From NCBI GenBank assembly GCA_918797485.1, contig CAKKNE010000003.1, positions 2,976,001 to 3,040,000 on the forward strand: DNA of 64,000 bases, written 5' to 3'. Position 1 is the stretch's first letter. Each line of letters opens with the position of its first letter. Shown here in pieces: positions 20,300 to 30,905 of this stretch. A program made the position numbers and the translations under genes. The notes below the pieces were generated by a model. It made no database searches and was not told the DNA's origin. It saw only the letters and a list, made by a program, of their open reading frames with translations. Origin of the DNA: Pelagomonas calceolata (taxonomy: Eukaryota).

Positions 20300-21538
20300 C
20301 TACTTGCCCGTCCAGAGCTTGCCCGCGTCGATGGAGCCGTCGCGGAGGCCCTTCCAGGCGGCGTGCGTCTCGGCGATGACCTCGACGGTCTTGGCCTTCG
20401 GCAGCGCGGCCTCGTCGAAGCCGAAGGCGTTGAGCGGCTTGTCGTCGGGCGTCTTGTACCACCGGAACCACTCGCGGATGCCCGAGACGTAGCCGGGGCA
20501 CTCCTTCTCCACATCATCAATGTCGTTCAGCTTCGACGCGAGCGGGTCGGACGTGGCCACCGCGATGACCTTCCAGTCGAGCTCGCCGTCGTCGATCATC
20601 GCGAGGACGCCGAGAGGCTTCACCGGCGTGACCGAGCCCGCTTCTAAGGCGGAGGAGCCGATCTCGACCACGTCGATCGGGTCGTCGTCGCCGAAGCAGC
20701 CGAGCTCGGGGTGCTTCTCGTTCGGGTTCTCCCACGTCTGGGGCAGGCACCTGTGCATGGATCAAAATGTCACGGCGCGTTCCGTCGACCTCCACGCCAT
20801 CGAAGCGACGCCTGCTCGACGGCGTGGCGGTGTGGTTGATTTGTGCACAGGCAAACACCCATAGTTCCAGAAGATGGGGCCGTGGTAGAAGCGGAGCTTG
20901 CCCTTCTTCGTGTCCTGCATGATGGGGTTGGACTCGCCCTTCGTGTCGACCTCCATCTTGGCCAGGCCGTACTTCGGGATCTCGGTGACCATGTTGTAGG
21001 CGCCGCCGCCGGCCTCGAGCGGGATGTCGTGCCAGGGCGAGATGCGCTTGCCGCCCTCCTCGAAGAACTGGCGGTAGCTCTCGGTGCCCTCGGCGCCCTC
21101 GACGACGGTCGTCGAGGCGAGGCGCGCGGCGCGCGCGGCGCCGCGCGCGGCGCGCGCGAAGCAGGCCGCCGGGCGCAGCAGCAGCGACACGGACCTGTGT
21201 GTTTTTTTTTGTTACCAAGGAGGGTCTTATACCCGAACTTGACCTCTAGATTCCTCTAGAGTTCTGGTTCTGCAAGAACCCTGGTCTTGCTCTTCCTCTG
21301 GGTGTAACGCGTCGCGCGCGCCGGCCAGTCTGATTTTTTGCCCGTGCGCCGGCGTGCGCGCGCGGCGCGCCGGCGGCCGCGCGGCGGCCGCCGCGCGAGC
21401 GCTTCCGGGCAAGCCGCGCGTGGCTGCGCTTTGTGCAGTGGGTTTGGCTACACCTTTGGTGCTCGAGGCAGGAGCATCGTACAGCCTTGAAATTTGTGCA
21501 ACTGCGAAATAACGCGTCCTGGGACACTGTCCTTGCAT
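20300..21538 (-). CDS. Soluble inorganic pyrophosphatase (family I), organelle-type presequence; introns 20751-20858 and probably 21195-21536
   Basis: ISPWHDIPL, WNYG|CLPQTWENP, GDDDPIDVVEIG, IDDGELDWK; first exon uncertain (possible GC donor within AT|G). Confidence 0.92.
20751..20850. mobile_element. Introner element (100 bp), imperfect TIR, TSD 6/8
   Basis: ctgtgcatggatcaa...ttgatttgtgcacag; flanks gcaggcac/gcaaacac; same internal palindrome as the 14877 element. Confidence 0.9.
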
Positions 21539-21781
21539 GGCAATGCGTGCAGCTTTGCTCATTGTGGAGTTAGCTTGGTAGCACCTGGGACACGCAACAA
21601 CTCGCTGTGCTCCGGATCTCTCGGCTCGCGGCCGCTCGCGCCTCCAAGAGCAGTCGTGCGGGACGGGGGAGTGCTAAAGAGCACGGAAATTTCTAGCTCT
21701 GGCATCTGGGCGCGGCGCGGGTCCCACCTCCAAGAACGACCGCGCACAGGACTCAGAAGAACGGTTAGACCGCGACACCCC

Positions 21782-22240
21782 CTACCGCTCCCAGAACTTC
21801 TTGGGCGCGGGCGGCGGCGGCGGCGGTTCCTCGTTCGCGAAGAGCGAGTCGGGCGTGTCGCGCACGTACCAGAAGTACTGCGCCATGGGGATCACGAAGG
21901 AGCCGAAGAGCAGCACGACGAAGAGCCCGAGGTACTTGTTCTTGCCCTTCTTGGTCTGCGCGCGAGTTTTGAACGTCGACCGGGCGTCGTCCAAAGGGTT
22001 CGGCTCGTCGATGATCTCCACCGTGTAGTCGCCGTACAAGCCCTCGCGCGTGATCGTCCGCGTCTTGGCGAGCGTCGTCGTGGGGAGCCGGCTGTTCAGC
22101 TTGGCGACGTCGACGGGCGCCGACGCCAGGGCCGCGGCGAGCGCGGCGTCGACGACGTTCAGTTTCGTCGGTTGTCGCGGCGCGGCGGCCGGCCCCACGA
22201 AGGCGCTGGCGGCGCCTAGGAGAGCGAGGAGGACCCTCAT
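21782..22240 (-). CDS. Plastid-targeted single-TM protein of unknown function
   Basis: MRVLLALLGAASAFVGP (ASAF motif); TM LGLFVVLLFGSFVIPMAQYFWY. Confidence 0.8.
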   Translation of the reverse strand: MRVLLALLGAASAFVGPAAAPRQPTKLNVVDAALAAALASAPVDVAKLNSRLPTTTLAKTRTITREGLYGDYTVEIIDEPNPLDDARSTFKTRAQTKKGKNKYLGLFVVLLFGSFVIPMAQYFWYVRDTPDSLFANEEPPPPPPAPKKFWER

Positions 22241-22797
22241 AATTGAAACCTGCGCGCGTGACGCGGTGCCGGCGCGGCGCGCGCGGGCGTCTTTTCTCGG
22301 CGACGCCGTGCGTGGTGCACGCGCGGTCTTCTTCTTCACCTCGTCTCTCGTTTTTGTGGGCTCCACGGCGCCGCCGCCTGGTCTCAAGTCCAGCTCTGCG
22401 GCACCCTGCTCACAGTCTGCCGAGCCAGATCTCTCGCAGCTCTGCCGTCGGCGTTGCCACTCGTCAAAATCGAAGTATTTGACGCGGCTACGGGCTCTTT
22501 ATAGCCTCCAAGCACTCACCAGCTCGGACTGGCTTGAGCAGCTTTGGCGCCTGAAATGCCCCGCGCCATGCTTTCTCTCACTCGTTTCGGACTTCCTCCA
22601 ACGCGTGGAGAGAGATCTTCGAGGGGAGAAAACCCGTTTAAACACCAAAAAAACGATTTGGCCGCCGCGCGCGCGTATATACAGCGTGCGCGCCTCCTCG
22701 CAGTCAATCAGTCACAGATTGCTGTATTTCACAGCCTGCCATTGCTAGCGCAGCCGCTGCGCGAGAAACCGTACCACAAGAACAGCAGCAGAGCAGC

Positions 22798-24078
22798 ATG
22801 CCAGTCCTCAGCCGAAACCAAGTCCTGAAGGGCGAGTTCCGCGTCGGCGCGAGATTAGGAGAGGGCGCCTGCGCCGAGGTCTACTGCTGCGAGCGTGTCC
22901 AGGGCGCTAAATTATCAAGAGCCCAAAAATTACAGCAATCCGACGCGGACCTCGTCGTCAAGGCCGCGCCGATCCCGCCCCAATCCAAGAAGAAGGCTAA
23001 AGATTATATGGACAAGAAGCGCGCCGCCGACACACTATTTGCGGAGCATTTGCTGTACGCCAACGTGCTGAACCGGCACCCGCGGCGCTTCGGCACGAAG
23101 GTCGGCTACGGCGAAGATCAGAACTGCCGGTATTTAGTACTGGAACGGCTCGGCCCGTCCCTGGGCGACGAGATGGCCGAGACGCGACTAACACCGCAAC
23201 AACTCGCGTCGATCGGCGCGGACTGCCTTGCTTCGTTAGAAGTGCTCCACGCGCAGAAGTACGTCTACTGCGACATGAAGCCCGAGAACATTATGCTGGG
23301 GACTTGTTCGTCCGGTCGGATCCGGGACAAGGACCAAGCGCGCTTGGTGGACTTTGGCGTCGCCACTAGATACGTCTCGGCCGTGTCCGGCAAACATAAA
23401 GCAGAGGACGAGGGCGGCGGCCAGGCGGGCACGCCGCGCTTCGCGTCCCTGGCGTCTTCATCATCGCCGCCGGCGCGCCGCGACGACGTCGAGGCCCTGG
23501 CCTACGTGTTGCTCTGCGCGGCCGCGGACGACCGCCTGCCCTGGGACTCTGCACAATCGGACGAGGCCGTGCTGGCGGCGAAGAAAAAGTGCGGCGACGC
23601 CTACGGCGTGCTCGCCGCGCTCGAGGACGATTTGGTGGGCTTCGCCGGCGACGCGCGGCCTTTGGGGGATTTCCTCGCGGACGCGCGCGCCCTCGCTCAT
23701 AATGCGGCGCCGGACTACGAGCGCCTGCGCGGCCACCTGCGGACCCTCGCCGCCTCTTCTTCAAAACGCCGCCGCTCCGGCGCGCCCGCTTCCTCCAAGC
23801 GGCGCAAGGCGCCCGCGCCCATGGACGAGTCGTCTTCTGAAGAAGAGGACGAGGCGCCGCGGCGCCCGCCGCCGCGGCGCCGCGCGGTGCCGATGGACTG
23901 CGACGCGCCGCCGCCGCCGCCGCGCCGCGCCGCGCGCAAGGCGCCCGCCGCGCGCAAGCCCGCCGCTCCGCGCAAGGCGCCCGCGCGCAAGAGCCCCAAG
24001 CGGGCGCCGCCCGGCAGGCCCGACGTCTCCATCGAGGCGCTCCTCGCGAAGGCGCGCGCGGCGAAGGCCAAGAAGTAA
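22798..24078 (+). CDS. CK1/VRK-like Ser/Thr kinase with basic tail
   Basis: LGEGACAEVY, LERLGPSL, YCDMKPENIML, LVDFG, GTPRFAS, RRDDVEAL. Confidence 0.88.
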   Translation: MPVLSRNQVLKGEFRVGARLGEGACAEVYCCERVQGAKLSRAQKLQQSDADLVVKAAPIPPQSKKKAKDYMDKKRAADTLFAEHLLYANVLNRHPRRFGTKVGYGEDQNCRYLVLERLGPSLGDEMAETRLTPQQLASIGADCLASLEVLHAQKYVYCDMKPENIMLGTCSSGRIRDKDQARLVDFGVATRYVSAVSGKHKAEDEGGGQAGTPRFASLASSSSPPARRDDVEALAYVLLCAAADDRLPWDSAQSDEAVLAAKKKCGDAYGVLAALEDDLVGFAGDARPLGDFLADARALAHNAAPDYERLRGHLRTLAASSSKRRRSGAPASSKRRKAPAPMDESSSEEEDEAPRRPPPRRRAVPMDCDAPPPPPRRAARKAPAARKPAAPRKAPARKSPKRAPPGRPDVSIEALLAKARAAKAKK

Positions 24079-24110
24079 GTGCGTGTGCGTCTCCTCCTGT
24101 GCACATGCTA

Positions 24111-24154
24111 GAGGCTCAGGCTAGTTACGTCGCGGGGCCCCGTACCCCTCCCGC
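24111..24154 (+). repeat. Dispersed repeat family A, copy 2
   Basis: gaggctcaggctagttacgtcgcggggccccgtacccctcccgc. Confidence 0.85.
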
Positions 24155-24363
24155 AAGCCCGTCCTCAGGCTAGAGACTAGCAACCAACCAAGCTGCTGTG
24201 GGCCACAGTGTGGCGGCGTCCTGCCAGCCGCTACTGCCCGTACGGCTCGTTTTGGCTGATGATTCGTGGCAAGAGTGACTAGCAACAAAATTTAAGCCTC
24301 GTATTTCCATCGATTACCACTACACTTCCAGGCAGCTGCATTGCAATCCTGCAGGCTGTCAGC

Positions 24364-25239
24364 ATGCTGGCATGGCGCTGGACCAGCGTCGCAGCAGCCG
24401 CCAACGCATTCGTGGTGCCGGCGGGCCCGCCTCGTCTCACGCTGCGCAGTCCGCCAGCAGCGGCGGTCGCCGACTACTCGTTCATGCTGCCCGCGTCGAC
24501 GGCGGTCGCGACGTGCTGCCAACTCTGCGGCATCGGCGGCGCGGCGCTCTTTTCGCCCATCTTCCTGCTCGTCTTCCCGCTGCTGGGCCCCGACTACCCG
24601 CTGGACTCGGCCGCCGCGGCCGTGGCGTCCGCGCTGCTAACGGAGACGTTCGGCTTCGCTTCTGGGCTCGTCGGCTACGCGCGGCGGGATCTGGTCGACT
24701 GGGCCGTGGCGCGGGAGATCCTCGCCGTCGCCGTCACCGGAGCGCTCGTCGGCGCGGTATGTGCGCCGTCGCTCGCCGGCGACGCGCAACTCCTGCGCGC
24801 CGTCTACGCGCTGCTGATGCTGTCGCTGGCGACGGACCTCGCGCGGCGGGACTGTGTGGCGCCGCCGCCCGGGGACAAGCTGACCGACGGCGCCGCGACG
24901 GCCGGCGGGGCCTTCCTCACGGGCCTGCTTGGCGTCGGCGTCGGCGAAGTCGTATTGCCGCAAATCTCGCGCGACCGGCCGCTGCCACAGGCCGCGGGCA
25001 CCTCCGTCGCCGTCGTCGCGGGCACCGCCGCGGCAGCCGCCGTAACACAACTGGCGGAGCTCGACGCGAGTGAAGTTCCGTGGGAGCTCGTCCGCTACAC
25101 GATCCCCGGGGTCATCCTCGGCGGCCAGATCGCGCCGCGCCTCGCGGGCCGCCTCGACGACCGGCAAATCGAGCGCGCGGCCGCCGCACTCTTCGCGGTC
25201 GTCGGCGCCGCCTTCGCGCTCAAGGCCGCGACGGGATAA
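24364..25239 (+). CDS. TauE/SafE-family membrane transporter, likely plastid-targeted
   Basis: ANAF presequence; GIGGAALFSP and GLLGVGVGE duplicated motifs; AAGTS; GGQIAP. Confidence 0.82.
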   Translation: MLAWRWTSVAAAANAFVVPAGPPRLTLRSPPAAAVADYSFMLPASTAVATCCQLCGIGGAALFSPIFLLVFPLLGPDYPLDSAAAAVASALLTETFGFASGLVGYARRDLVDWAVAREILAVAVTGALVGAVCAPSLAGDAQLLRAVYALLMLSLATDLARRDCVAPPPGDKLTDGAATAGGAFLTGLLGVGVGEVVLPQISRDRPLPQAAGTSVAVVAGTAAAAAVTQLAELDASEVPWELVRYTIPGVILGGQIAPRLAGRLDDRQIERAAAALFAVVGAAFALKAATG

Positions 25240-25255
25240 CTAAGTAAACATATTG

Positions 25256-25897
25256 TTAGGCCCGCGCCGCCGCCTCGGCCATCCGCTTCCGCCGCTCCTC
25301 CATATCCCAGCGCATGCGCTCCTCGGCCGAGGAGATGGCGAGGTCGCTCTGGCCCCGCTCCGCGAGCTGGTCCCGGTCCAATAAATGGGCCAGCTCCTCC
25401 TCCATCTTCGCCCAGTCCTCGCGCTCCTTCTCGGCGAAGACGTCCATGGCGACGGCGCGGTTGTGCGCGCGCTCGTCGCGGTCCCACCGCGCGCGCTCGT
25501 GCGCGTCGTGGGCGGCGTCCGTGAGCTCCGTGATGCGGTCGCGGTGCTCCGCGAAGCGCTCGAGGCCCTCCTCCAGCCAGTAGTCGCGGCGAGCCTCGTG
25601 TCGCTCCCGCAGGTCGTCCAAATGCGGCAGGTGCCACTCGTCCTCCTGCGACCGGGGTTTGAAGCGATCGGCGATCTTCGGGCCCTCGCCGCCTAACAGG
25701 CAGTAGCGCCCCGTGGGGCCGAGGCCCTCGCGGTCCTTGTCGAGCGCCGCCGCCACCTTCGGCGTCTGCCAGCCGATGTATTGTCCCCGGTCGAAGACTG
25801 GTTGAGTGTCGTAGCGGTCGTCCTCGTCGCACCAGGGCAGGTCCTCCGCCGCGGCGAACGCGAGGAGACCCACGCCGAGCCGCAGTGCGTTGCCCAT
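25256..25897 (-). CDS. Signal-peptide-bearing hypothetical protein
   Basis: Hydrophobic N-terminus followed by a charged helical body with coding-like codon use. Confidence 0.65.
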   Translation of the reverse strand: MGNALRLGVGLLAFAAAEDLPWCDEDDRYDTQPVFDRGQYIGWQTPKVAAALDKDREGLGPTGRYCLLGGEGPKIADRFKPRSQEDEWHLPHLDDLRERHEARRDYWLEEGLERFAEHRDRITELTDAAHDAHERARWDRDERAHNRAVAMDVFAEKEREDWAKMEEELAHLLDRDQLAERGQSDLAISSAEERMRWDMEERRKRMAEAAARA

Positions 25898-26282
25898 ATG
25901 TGCTACGACGGCGTCCGAGCACCGGATTCGATGCCCGGGCAGCGTCGGCCGGGTCAGACGGCCACTCCGCGAAGCGTTGCAGCGCGATGGCCTCGCGGAC
26001 CGCGCTATGGGAGTCCGTGGGCAGCTGGAACGGCACTGAGAACCCTATTTAAAAGCATTTCGCACTCTCGAGACCGGCAGCAAGCTTACGTACACGCTCG
26101 CGGGGGATAGCTCCCCCGTCACGCCTCTAGGCGCGCGCCCCCGCAACCCGAATTGACTATAGCTATTGCCTCTCGAGAGCTCAGGGCAATCGTTGCGTGC
26201 CGCGGGGAGGGGTAGTTCTCATGCAACTTGACTGGCCTGGCTCCGTCTTGTTGGATCGCACACCCCCACCGAGGTCGCACGA

Positions 26283-26352
26283 CTCGCGGTGTCTCCCCCC
26301 AGGCTCACTCCCAGCCCGGGCAGGGCGCCGCCCGCTAGTCCTAGTACCGTAA
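26283..26352. repeat. Dispersed repeat family B, partial copy
   Basis: cgcggtgtctccccccagg...ccgcccgctagtcctagtaccgtaa matches 14418-14467. Confidence 0.7.
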
Positions 26353-26398
26353 TAATATAAGCCGCGGACGGACCAGGTGAACTAGTATCACATGCTAC

Positions 26399-28303
26399 TT
26401 ATGCCCGGCTCCCGAGCGACGCTTCCGAGCCCGCCCGCGACCGTTGAACTTTTGGCGGCTCCGGCGGCGGCGCGAAATCTATATGGGAAGGCATCGCGTC
26501 CCCCAGGACCGCCTCCGCCTCGTCCGCGGCGGCTTCGCACCGGCCCACGTACGTTTCGACGCACTCGGCGAGCCACGCCGCCGCGGCGCCCCGGTCGCAG
26601 CCCTCCGCCGCGGCGTCGGCGTCGACGACCGGCGGATCCGCGAGGACGTCGGGCGGCGCCGGGTCGCCCTTCACGAGGATGCCCCGCAGAAGGCTCACGA
26701 AGTCCTGGGCCTGGAAGAGCTCGCCCGTCGCCAGGCGCGCCTCCACGCGCCGCAGCTTCGCGAGGCGCGGGTAGGCCTCCGCGGCGCGCTCCCAGAGGCC
26801 GACGGCCTGCTCGAGGCGCGGCGCGTGCTCGACCGACGCGTACTTCTGGAGGAACGCGAGGCGCGTCGCCATCGGTAATTTCAACAGGAGCCAGACGCGC
26901 TCGAGGCGCCGCTTCAGCTGGGGGTCGTCTCCTCTCGTCACCGGCCGCGACCGCGTTAGCGACGGCATCGACTCGAGCGAGGCCCGGCGCCGCTCCGCCT
27001 CGCGAACCCGCCGCTGGTCCTCGGCCTCGCGCTTGCGCCGTTCGACCTTCGCCCTTTCCTTTTCCTGGAGCCGGGCGATCTTGCGCGCCTCCGCGGCCTT
27101 GTCCAGCGCCCGCCGCGCGGCGTGCGCGGCCTGCGCCGCCCGCTCGCGGTCGCGCTGGTGGTCGATGGCCCGGTTCCCCCGGGCGAAGGAGTTCTCGAAG
27201 GGCTCGCGGGTCGACCCGTGGGCCCGCTCCGTCACGTGCGCGCCCTCGCCGACGCGCGCAAAGTCCGGCGGCCCCAGGGCCGCGAACGACTTCACGAAGG
27301 ACTCGGTCGCCGGCAGGGGCCCCGGCCGGCCCCGTTGCGTGAGCTGCTGCCGGTCGAGCTTCTCCTTCGCGCGGTGCCACGTCACGAACTGTCTGAATAC
27401 TTGATCGTCCGTCAGGAGCTTCGAGCGGTCGACCGCCGCCGGGTTCGGCAGGCCCGCGGCCGTGACCGGGCCCTCGCTCGTCCGGGGCCGGCTCGGCGGC
27501 GGCTCCTGGATCGTGACATGCTTGCCCCGGTCCGCGAGCAGCTCCCTTAGACAAGTCGCCTCGATGTCGCCGAGCTTCACCTCGCGCTGCACCGCCGCGA
27601 GGAAGCGCGTGTGCACTCTTCTCACATTCGCATCGGGGTGGAAGACGCCCCTTGAATCTAACTCGGCGAGCTCGCGCGTGAATTTGGTGCGTAGTGTTTC
27701 GACCTGCGCCGCCATCTTCCCTCGCACCCGTCGCTGCAGGTCCAGCATGGACCGGGGCGAGAGCGCGCGGCAGGCCTTGTGGAGCTCCGGGTGGAGGATG
27801 GCCCTCTTCAGGACGTGCTCGCCGCTCAGGCCCTCCATGTTCTCGAGGAACGCGAGCTCGGCGCTGCGCACGCCTTGCTTTGCCATGCTCGGGGCGAAGG
27901 TGCCGCCGCCAAAGGTCATCGCCGTGGCCCAGCCCTCTTCACTACTTTCGTTCGCGCCGAGGCGCCGCAGGAGCGCCGCGCGCTCGAGCGCGCTGTCCTT
28001 CTTTTTGGGAGACTCGCGCTTCGCCGGGGACGCCTCCTTCTCTTCCTTATTGTCGTCCTCGTCGTCGCTCTCAATGAGCTTCTCGCGCTTGAACTCGGGC
28101 GTCTTCTGGACGTCGACGATGGCGATGGGCTTGCGCCGCGCGCGGTCGAGCAGCGTGGCCTTGGGGATGGCCGCCGCGCGCGCGCGCTGCAATCTCAAAC
28201 TACGCGCCGGCTTGACGGGGCTGTCCACCTCCAAGCTCACGGGCGCGGCCGCCGCCTCCTTCGCGGAGCGCGGGCCAAAATCTAAGTAGGGCAGGGCGGG
28301 CAT
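26399..28303 (-). CDS. Hypothetical coiled-coil protein (C-terminus reminiscent of CCDC87-type)
   Basis: 634-aa ORF; RLERVWLLLKLPMATRLAFLQKY motif. Confidence 0.6.
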   Translation of the reverse strand: MPALPYLDFGPRSAKEAAAAPVSLEVDSPVKPARSLRLQRARAAAIPKATLLDRARRKPIAIVDVQKTPEFKREKLIESDDEDDNKEEKEASPAKRESPKKKDSALERAALLRRLGANESSEEGWATAMTFGGGTFAPSMAKQGVRSAELAFLENMEGLSGEHVLKRAILHPELHKACRALSPRSMLDLQRRVRGKMAAQVETLRTKFTRELAELDSRGVFHPDANVRRVHTRFLAAVQREVKLGDIEATCLRELLADRGKHVTIQEPPPSRPRTSEGPVTAAGLPNPAAVDRSKLLTDDQVFRQFVTWHRAKEKLDRQQLTQRGRPGPLPATESFVKSFAALGPPDFARVGEGAHVTERAHGSTREPFENSFARGNRAIDHQRDRERAAQAAHAARRALDKAAEARKIARLQEKERAKVERRKREAEDQRRVREAERRRASLESMPSLTRSRPVTRGDDPQLKRRLERVWLLLKLPMATRLAFLQKYASVEHAPRLEQAVGLWERAAEAYPRLAKLRRVEARLATGELFQAQDFVSLLRGILVKGDPAPPDVLADPPVVDADAAAEGCDRGAAAAWLAECVETYVGRCEAAADEAEAVLGDAMPSHIDFAPPPEPPKVQRSRAGSEASLGSRA

Positions 28304-28624
28304 GGTTTGCCCCGCGTCTCGGCGGGGGGGCTGCCGCCGCCCACTCTCACGGCTGTGTCGTCGCCGGGGGCAGCGTTTCGGGTGCCCGCTGGGCGAGTTA
28401 TGAGCTACAATTTAGCGCCGCGCTGTGCAGCTCTCCCTTGGCATGCAGGTACTAGGGCCCGCGCCGGGAGACGTCGCGGCGACGCCTACGACGCCGAGCA
28501 GACTTATGACAGCTCCCTCGCGCCGGCGCGGCGCGGTGTGCACTTTGTTGGCAATTTGTCGCGGGACGGGCTGGATGAACGGGTCGCAAAAAGAGCTCAG
28601 TGGGAGCACAGTTTATGGTGGGGG

Positions 28625-29650
28625 CTAGATGAACGGGTCGCCGCCGCCGAAGCCGTCGCCCGGCCGCCCGGGGACGCGGAGGTGGTCGTCGTCCGGCTCG
28701 CCCGGCAGGCGCGGGCGCCGCGGCCCCGCGAGGCCGCCCGGGCCGAAGGGTCCGGGAATGCCCGGGCCGCCGGGGCCGATGGGGTCGAAGCGGGGCCGGA
28801 AACGGCCGGCGCCGAGGGGGTCGACGGCGCCGCCGCCGAAGGCCGGGTGGCCCGGGCCGACGAGCAGGCCCGAGCCGTCGTCGGGGTACGGCGCGAGGGG
28901 CGCCGGCGGCGCCGGCCGCCGCGGCGCCGCGGGCGCGAAGCCGGGGACGGCGGGCGCCGGCGGGCGCCGCGGCGCCGGCGCGGGCGCCGGCGCCGGCGCC
29001 GCGAGCCGCGGCAGGACGCCCCGCGCGTAGGCCGCGAGGCGCTCGAAGTCGGCGAGGGCGAGGAGGCCGTCCGCGGCGTCGGCGCCGACGGCGAGCTCGC
29101 CCGAGTGGAGCACGCCGCGCGTCCGCGATGCGAGCGCGACGCGCAGCACGCCCCGCGCCGCGTCGAGCGCGAGCTCCAGCGCCTCGCCGCTCGTCGATCG
29201 ATACTGGAAGCGACCGCCGTCGTCGCGCCGCCAGTCCGCGGGCAGCCGGTTCGCCGCGGGGAGCTCGCTCGCGCGCGGCGCGAAGCCGGGCACCGCGGCC
29301 GCGGCGCCGGCGCCGACGGCCCGGAGCGAATCGCCGGCGACCGCGAGGAGCGCGAAGTGCAGCGCGACGGCCGTCGCCTCGGCCGGCGAGCGCGGGACCC
29401 CGGCGCCCGCGGCGGCCGCCAGGGCCCGCCGCGCCTCTGTCCGTGCGGCCGCCGCCGCCGCGGACGTGGGCGCGTCGCCGGCGGCCGCCGCGAGCGCGCG
29501 CCGCGCCGCGGCGACCTCGTCCGCGACGGTTTCGAGGTGCCGGGCCAGGCGCCGTTTCACGAAGCCGTCCGCGAGGCGGTCCGCGTGCACGCGCAGCGCC
29601 GCGAGGTCGCCCTCGGCCGCGGCTACGTCTGCGTCTGTGCTGAGGCTCAT
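28625..29650 (-). CDS. Proteasome regulator PI31-like protein
   Basis: Pro/Gly-rich tail with VGPGHPAFG, PRFDPIGP, GEPDDDHLRVPG. Confidence 0.75.
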   Translation of the reverse strand: MSLSTDADVAAAEGDLAALRVHADRLADGFVKRRLARHLETVADEVAAARRALAAAAGDAPTSAAAAAARTEARRALAAAAGAGVPRSPAEATAVALHFALLAVAGDSLRAVGAGAAAAVPGFAPRASELPAANRLPADWRRDDGGRFQYRSTSGEALELALDAARGVLRVALASRTRGVLHSGELAVGADAADGLLALADFERLAAYARGVLPRLAAPAPAPAPAPRRPPAPAVPGFAPAAPRRPAPPAPLAPYPDDGSGLLVGPGHPAFGGGAVDPLGAGRFRPRFDPIGPGGPGIPGPFGPGGLAGPRRPRLPGEPDDDHLRVPGRPGDGFGGGDPFI

Positions 29651-30066
29651 TTGTCTAGTTATGTGAGAGCACTTGACTTGGGGCAGAGCGCTGGCGCTGG
29701 CGTTCGAACTGGTCTCTAGGTTCCTGGTGAGCCACAGCGTGGGTAGAGGCTAAGCGCTTAGAAGCGCTATGCTATGCTATCGAACTAGCGGCCAGTAAGA
29801 CACTAGGCATCCTGGCAAGCAACCTTGTCGTTCCGCCCACTAGTTCTAGCACCACGACAAGCCTGGGACTTGGCGTTCCTGAATAAAATGTCATGAATTA
29901 TACGAAGAGCCATTCCGCGGCGCCGACGCGGCGGGCGGCTGGACGGCCGCGGGCTCGTCGACGCGCGAGCCGTCCCAGCAGAAGGAGAACGGCGGCGGCG
30001 GCGGCGGAGTAGGTCGCAGCGGCGGTGGCGCGGGTCGCGCCTCCGGCGGGGGTCGCGGCGCGGCGT

Positions 30067-30237
30067 GGGCCCGGGGGGAGCGGGAGGGGTACGGGGAACC
30101 CTGCGACGTAACTAGCCTCAGCCTCACGACAGGATCGTGCTGCACCGGAGGTGCGCTGTTATGAAAACGCGGCACGCGCCCGCCGCCGATGAATCCCCAG
30201 GGGCTCCGCCCACGAGTCCTCGCCACCGTAACAACAT
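30067..30237 (-). repeat. Adjacent copies of repeat A (30067-30125) and repeat B (30147-30237)
   Basis: Reverse complement of the 7071 motif followed by a match to 14363-14470. Confidence 0.85.
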
Positions 30238-30266
30238 CTCGCGCGACGAAAAAAAACACAACTAGC

Positions 30267-30905
30267 TTAGGCGACCTCCTCTTCCGTCGGCGGGAGGCCC
30301 TTCCCCGTCAAAACGCACGTGAGGAAGTGGAGCATGAGGCCCGGCGGCCCGATGAGGTTCGTGAGGAGCACCGAGTGCGGCGTGAAGACGCCCCGCCGCT
30401 CGCCGTCGAGCCAGATGTACCGCCCGACGAACAGGTCCCAAATCAACACGTGCGGCCACTCCTCGCTCACGAAGTTTACGTATTGCATCATGCCCTGCAT
30501 CGCCGCCTGCGGCGCCGTGCTGAACGGGAAGCCCGCGGGATTAAAAACCTCGTTGAACTCTGCGATGGGCGCGACGCCCGAGGGCTGCGTCGCGCTGATG
30601 ACGACGATGGCCACGTGGCAGAGCGAAAACAAAATCGTCGGGCCCCACGGCCGCATGATAGCATTCGCCACGGGCTTCGCGACGCCGCATCCACTTAATA
30701 TCATAGGGATCCAGCACGTCGCCTGGGGCACGAAGGTCACGATGTTGAATAACGTGGCCACGTCGGCGTCCGTGCCGAGGGCCAGCGACAGCGTCGGGTC
30801 CGGCAGCATCGCTGGCTTTCGTAGCTGTCGTTTGCGCGGTGTTGGTGCTGGTGCGAAGGCCTGGCACGCGCAGAGCAGCGCCGCGGCGACGAGGTAGCGC
30901 AGCAT
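30267..30905 (-). CDS. ABA4/DUF4281-like plastid membrane protein
   Basis: CQAFAP presequence; WPHVLIWDLFVGRYIWLDG, HSVLLTNLIGPPGL. Confidence 0.85.
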   Translation of the reverse strand: MLRYLVAAALLCACQAFAPAPTPRKRQLRKPAMLPDPTLSLALGTDADVATLFNIVTFVPQATCWIPMILSGCGVAKPVANAIMRPWGPTILFSLCHVAIVVISATQPSGVAPIAEFNEVFNPAGFPFSTAPQAAMQGMMQYVNFVSEEWPHVLIWDLFVGRYIWLDGERRGVFTPHSVLLTNLIGPPGLMLHFLTCVLTGKGLPPTEEEVA

